From Bacteroidia bacterium (GTDB lineage Bacteria > Bacteroidota > Bacteroidia > B-17B0 > Aurantibacillaceae): a stretch of 64,000 bases of DNA. The DNA lies in assembly GCA_040403535.1 (NCBI GenBank), contig JBBAKL010000003.1, positions 35,248 through 99,247 on the forward strand, in the 5' to 3' direction. A program made the translations under genes and the position numbers. Below the pieces are notes generated by a model. That model was not told where the DNA came from. It searched no databases and saw only the letters and a program-made list of their open reading frames with translations. Positions 61,377 to 64,000 of this stretch are shown here, in pieces (position 1 is the stretch's first letter; the number at the start of each line of letters is the position of its first letter).

Positions 61377-64000
61377 TTGACAGATAACAGCAACATATTA
61401 ATTAATAAACTGGATGAGTTCATACGCAAGTTTTACAAGAATCAACTCATTAAAGGCGCCCTCTATTCCACCGCGCTTTTAGTTAGCGCTTATTTGCTGG
61501 TTGTTTTATTAGAATATCTTGGAGAATTCAGTACCACCGTTCGGAGTATTTTATTCTATGCGTTTTTAAGCAGCAGTTTATTTGTACTCATAAAATTTGT
61601 TTTCATCCCGCTTTCGAAATTAAATCGACACGGAAAAATTATCTCATATGAAGAAGCTGCATCCATTATTGGAACTCATTTTTCAAACGTACAAGATAAA
61701 TTGCTAAACGTTTTACAATTGCAAAGTGAAAAGAAACTTAGCGGTTCCGATGAATTACTAATGGCCAGTATTCAGCAAAAAGTGCATGAATTAAAACCCA
61801 TTCCATTTACAGCTGCGGTAAATATTGCCGAAAATAAAAAATACCTTAAATATGTTTTACCACCTGTATTCTTAACCATTGTTATTGCCATCATTTGGCC
61901 AAACATCATTACTAAAAGCACCAGCCGCTTAGTTCATCATCAAACCTATTTTGAAACGGAAGCGCCTTTTCAGTTTATTATTGAAAATAACGAACTCAAA
62001 GCTGTACAACAGCAAGATTTTATTTTAAAACTAAAACTTAACGGAAATGAAATTCCTAATGAGGTTTTTATAACGATTGAGGGCAACGAATTTAAACTCG
62101 AAAAAGAGAACAACATCTCATTTGCCTACACTTTCAAAAACGTACAAACATCAACCCCTTTTGTTTTAAGCGCTGCCGGATTTAATTCTAAATCGTATGA
62201 GTTAGAAGTCCTGCCAAAACCCAGCTTAATGCAATTTAATGTGCATTTAAAATACCCTGCCTACCTTAACCGTAAAGATGAAAACATAAGCAACAGTGGC
62301 GATCTTCAAGTACCGGAAGGAACCAAAATTGATTGGGAGTTTAATACTAAAAACACTGACAACCTGGTACTAGGATTTAGTGATACCACTTTAAACGCAG
62401 GAAAAAATTCAACCGATAAATTTTCGTTCTCAAAAATAATGTTCCGCAGCACGGGATATTTCATCAAAACACAAAATCAATTTGTAAGTAATCAAGGCGA
62501 TTCGGTTAATTATGGAATTAATGTAATTACCGACCAGACTCCCTACATTGATGTAAACGAAAAATTAGATTCGATAAATCCAAAAAACATTTACTTCAGC
62601 GGTAGCATTAAAGACGATTATGGATTTACTAAATTGGTTTTTAAATACACACATTACACTTCCGATTCTCTCGGTAATATCAAACAAAACTCCGGAGAAA
62701 ATCTACTTGGGGTAAATAAAAATCAAGTTGCTCAACCTTATTTTTATTTTCTCGATGCTTCACGCTTTGAATTAAAACCAGGTGATAAGATCGATTATTA
62801 TTTTGAAGTTTGGGATAATGATGGTGTAAACGGATCAAAACCGGCTAAAACAAAAATTATGCAATTCAAAGCGCCTACCATTGATGAAATTAATGAAGCG
62901 GCAGGGAAAAACAATGAAGAAATAAAGAAAGATTTAGACGAAAGCATTAAAAAAGCGAAAGATCTTCAAAAAGAGTTAAATGAGTTAACCCGAAAAATGA
63001 ATGAGAAAAAGCAACTCGGATGGGAAGAGAAAAAGAAACTGGAAGACATTTTAAACAAACAAAAAAACCTGGAGAAAAAAATTGATGAAATAAAACAAGA
63101 AAATCAGTTAAATAATCAGCAACAAAATCAATACTCGCAGCAGGATGAGTCTATTGTTGAAAAACAGAAACAATTAGAAAAATTGTTTGAGAATGTCATG
63201 ACTCCGGAAATGAAAAAGATGTTTAACGAGCTTCAGAAGTTAATGGAACAGCTCGATAAAAATCAGGTTCAGCAAAAATTGGAGGAAATGAAACTTACCA
63301 ATAAAGACATTGAAAAAGAACTCGATCGCGCACTTGAAACATTTAAACAATTTGAAGTTGAACAAAAACTTCAGCAATCTATTGATAAACTGGATGAGCT
63401 GATAAAAAAAGAAGAAAAACTTAATAAAGAAACTGAAAAGAAAAAAGATAATAAAGTAGAGACTTCTGGTAAAAAAGACGATCGTAAAAACAAAGACGAT
63501 ATAAATCAGGATAACAAAAACAGCGACGAAAAAAACAAAGATAATAATAACAAGGACGAAAAAAACGAAAACAAAACGGATGAATCTAAAAATCAAGACA
63601 GCAAGAACAAAGACGCGAATGATCTAAAGAAAGATCAGGATGAAATAAAAAAGGAATTTGAGAAACTTCAAGAAGAATTGAAAGAACTGGAGAAGAAAAA
63701 TTCTGAACTGGAACAACCTAATCAAATGCCCGACACAAAGAACGAGCAAAAAGAAGCCAGACAAGAAATGGAAAACAGCTCCGAAGAGCTAAGTAAAAAC
63801 AACAAAAAAAGCGCTTCCAAATCGCAAAAAAATGCGCAAAAGAAAATGGAAGAAATGAAAAAGCAAATGGAAAGCGCTATGGAACAAATGGAAGAAAAGC
63901 AGGATGAAGAAAATGCTTCGGCCCTCAGACAAATTCTGGAAAATTTATTAAATCTTTCTTTCGCCCAGGAAGAACTAATTAAAACATTACCTAAAACACG
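61377..64000 (+). CDS. Large membrane-anchored coiled-coil protein (DUF4175-like). C-terminus lies beyond the window end
   Basis: The frame is open from 61299 to 64000 in my hand translation, with no in-frame ATG near the 5' end. TTG at 61377 gives (M)TDNSNILINKLDEFIRKFYKNQLIKGALYSTALLVSAYLL. Two TM segments, a beta-rich middle (DYYFEVWDNDGVNG), then long K/E/Q/N coiled-coil. Absent from the track because it has no in-window stop. Confidence 0.6.
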   Translation, partial: MTDNSNILINKLDEFIRKFYKNQLIKGALYSTALLVSAYLLVVLLEYLGEFSTTVRSILFYAFLSSSLFVLIKFVFIPLSKLNRHGKIISYEEAASIIGTHFSNVQDKLLNVLQLQSEKKLSGSDELLMASIQQKVHELKPIPFTAAVNIAENKKYLKYVLPPVFLTIVIAIIWPNIITKSTSRLVHHQTYFETEAPFQFIIENNELKAVQQQDFILKLKLNGNEIPNEVFITIEGNEFKLEKENNISFAYTFKNVQTSTPFVLSAAGFNSKSYELEVLPKPSLMQFNVHLKYPAYLNRKDENISNSGDLQVPEGTKIDWEFNTKNTDNLVLGFSDTTLNAGKNSTDKFSFSKIMFRSTGYFIKTQNQFVSNQGDSVNYGINVITDQTPYIDVNEKLDSINPKNIYFSGSIKDDYGFTKLVFKYTHYTSDSLGNIKQNSGENLLGVNKNQVAQPYFYFLDASRFELKPGDKIDYYFEVWDNDGVNGSKPAKTKIMQFKAPTIDEINEAAGKNNEEIKKDLDESIKKAKDLQKELNELTRKMNEKKQLGWEEKKKLEDILNKQKNLEKKIDEIKQENQLNNQQQNQYSQQDESIVEKQKQLEKLFENVMTPEMKKMFNELQKLMEQLDKNQVQQKLEEMKLTNKDIEKELDRALETFKQFEVEQKLQQSIDKLDELIKKEEKLNKETEKKKDNKVETSGKKDDRKNKDDINQDNKNSDEKNKDNNNKDEKNENKTDESKNQDSKNKDANDLKKDQDEIKKEFEKLQEELKELEKKNSELEQPNQMPDTKNEQKEARQEMENSSEELSKNNKKSASKSQKNAQKKMEEMKKQMESAMEQMEEKQDEENASALRQILENLLNLSFAQEELIKTLPKT
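63420..63620 (+). repeat. Low-complexity K/N/D/E-rich coding tract
   Basis: KKKDNKVETSGKKDDRKNKDDINQDNKNSDEKNKDNNNKDEKNENKTDESKNQDSKNKD. The antisense strand gives the spurious F-rich ORF 63240-63596. Confidence 0.8.

Noticed and set aside
63240-63596. 118-aa minus-strand Phe-rich ORF
   Set aside because: It is the antisense image of the K/E/N-rich coiled-coil region of the last gene (AAA/GAA codons read as TTT/TTC).
1-64000. Mobile elements, prophage, defence islands, tRNA/rRNA genes
   Set aside because: No transposase, integrase, recombinase or nuclease/ATPase defence-type ORFs appear in the track. No inverted terminal repeats or cloverleaf-like intergenic sequences were noticed by eye. 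The intergenic gaps are short and are explained by promoters and terminators.

Overview
AT-rich, almost fully coding chromosomal segment from a diderm Bacteroidota genome (Flavobacteriia/Cytophagia-like). The phylum call rests on a T9SS type-B ('gliding motility-associated') C-terminal sorting domain, SprB repeats, an actABCDEF alternative complex III cluster next to cytochrome oxidase, ExbB-ExbD-ExbD-TonB, and TAnnTTTG -7 promoter boxes. I saw no rRNA, tRNA, CRISPR array, transposase or integrase. Layout: (1) 1-6645(-) is the 5' 2215 codons of a giant secreted repeat adhesin that runs off the window start. It is absent from the ORF track because it has no in-window stop. It contains three tandem copies of a ~922-bp higher-order repeat. 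(2) 6.8-12.7 kb(-) is the operon hemA, hemC/hemD fusion, a 7-TM unknown, hemB, aroK and a secreted unknown. (3) 12.8-18.6 kb(-) holds fabH, plsX, rpmF, yceD, yjbR and an 818-aa choice-of-anchor-L/SprB-repeat/T9SS protein. (4) 18.8-26.4 kb(+) holds exbB-exbD-exbD-tonB, a 2-TM peptide, a PstS-like binding protein, a free TonB C-terminal domain, a TPR protein and an acyltransferase. (5) 26.4-34.6 kb holds an M1 aminopeptidase, a VOC protein, kbl, an esterase, an IPExxxVDY protein and thiL. (6) 34.6-40.8 kb(-) is the most interesting locus. It is a translationally coupled, complete Dlt-type acylation module (carrier protein, DltD-like, an unlisted 46-aa DltX-like micro-ORF ending FIYAQF, an MBOAT DltB-like protein, and a DltA-like adenylase). 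It is preceded by an aldehyde dehydrogenase and an SRPBCC protein, in an organism that should have no teichoic acid. (7) 40.8-52.4 kb(-) is actABCDEF plus coxII and coxI. (8) 52.6-64 kb holds a radical SAM/SPASM enzyme, a HemD-like protein with a histone-H1-like Lys/Ala tail, DUF4271, a beta-barrel plus YceI pair, mutY, HU, a TPR protein, an unlisted 29-aa bS22/AURKAIP1-like micro-ORF, RNase G, and a large coiled-coil membrane protein that runs off the window end. All calls come from reading the sequence and from recalled family motifs. No searches were run.
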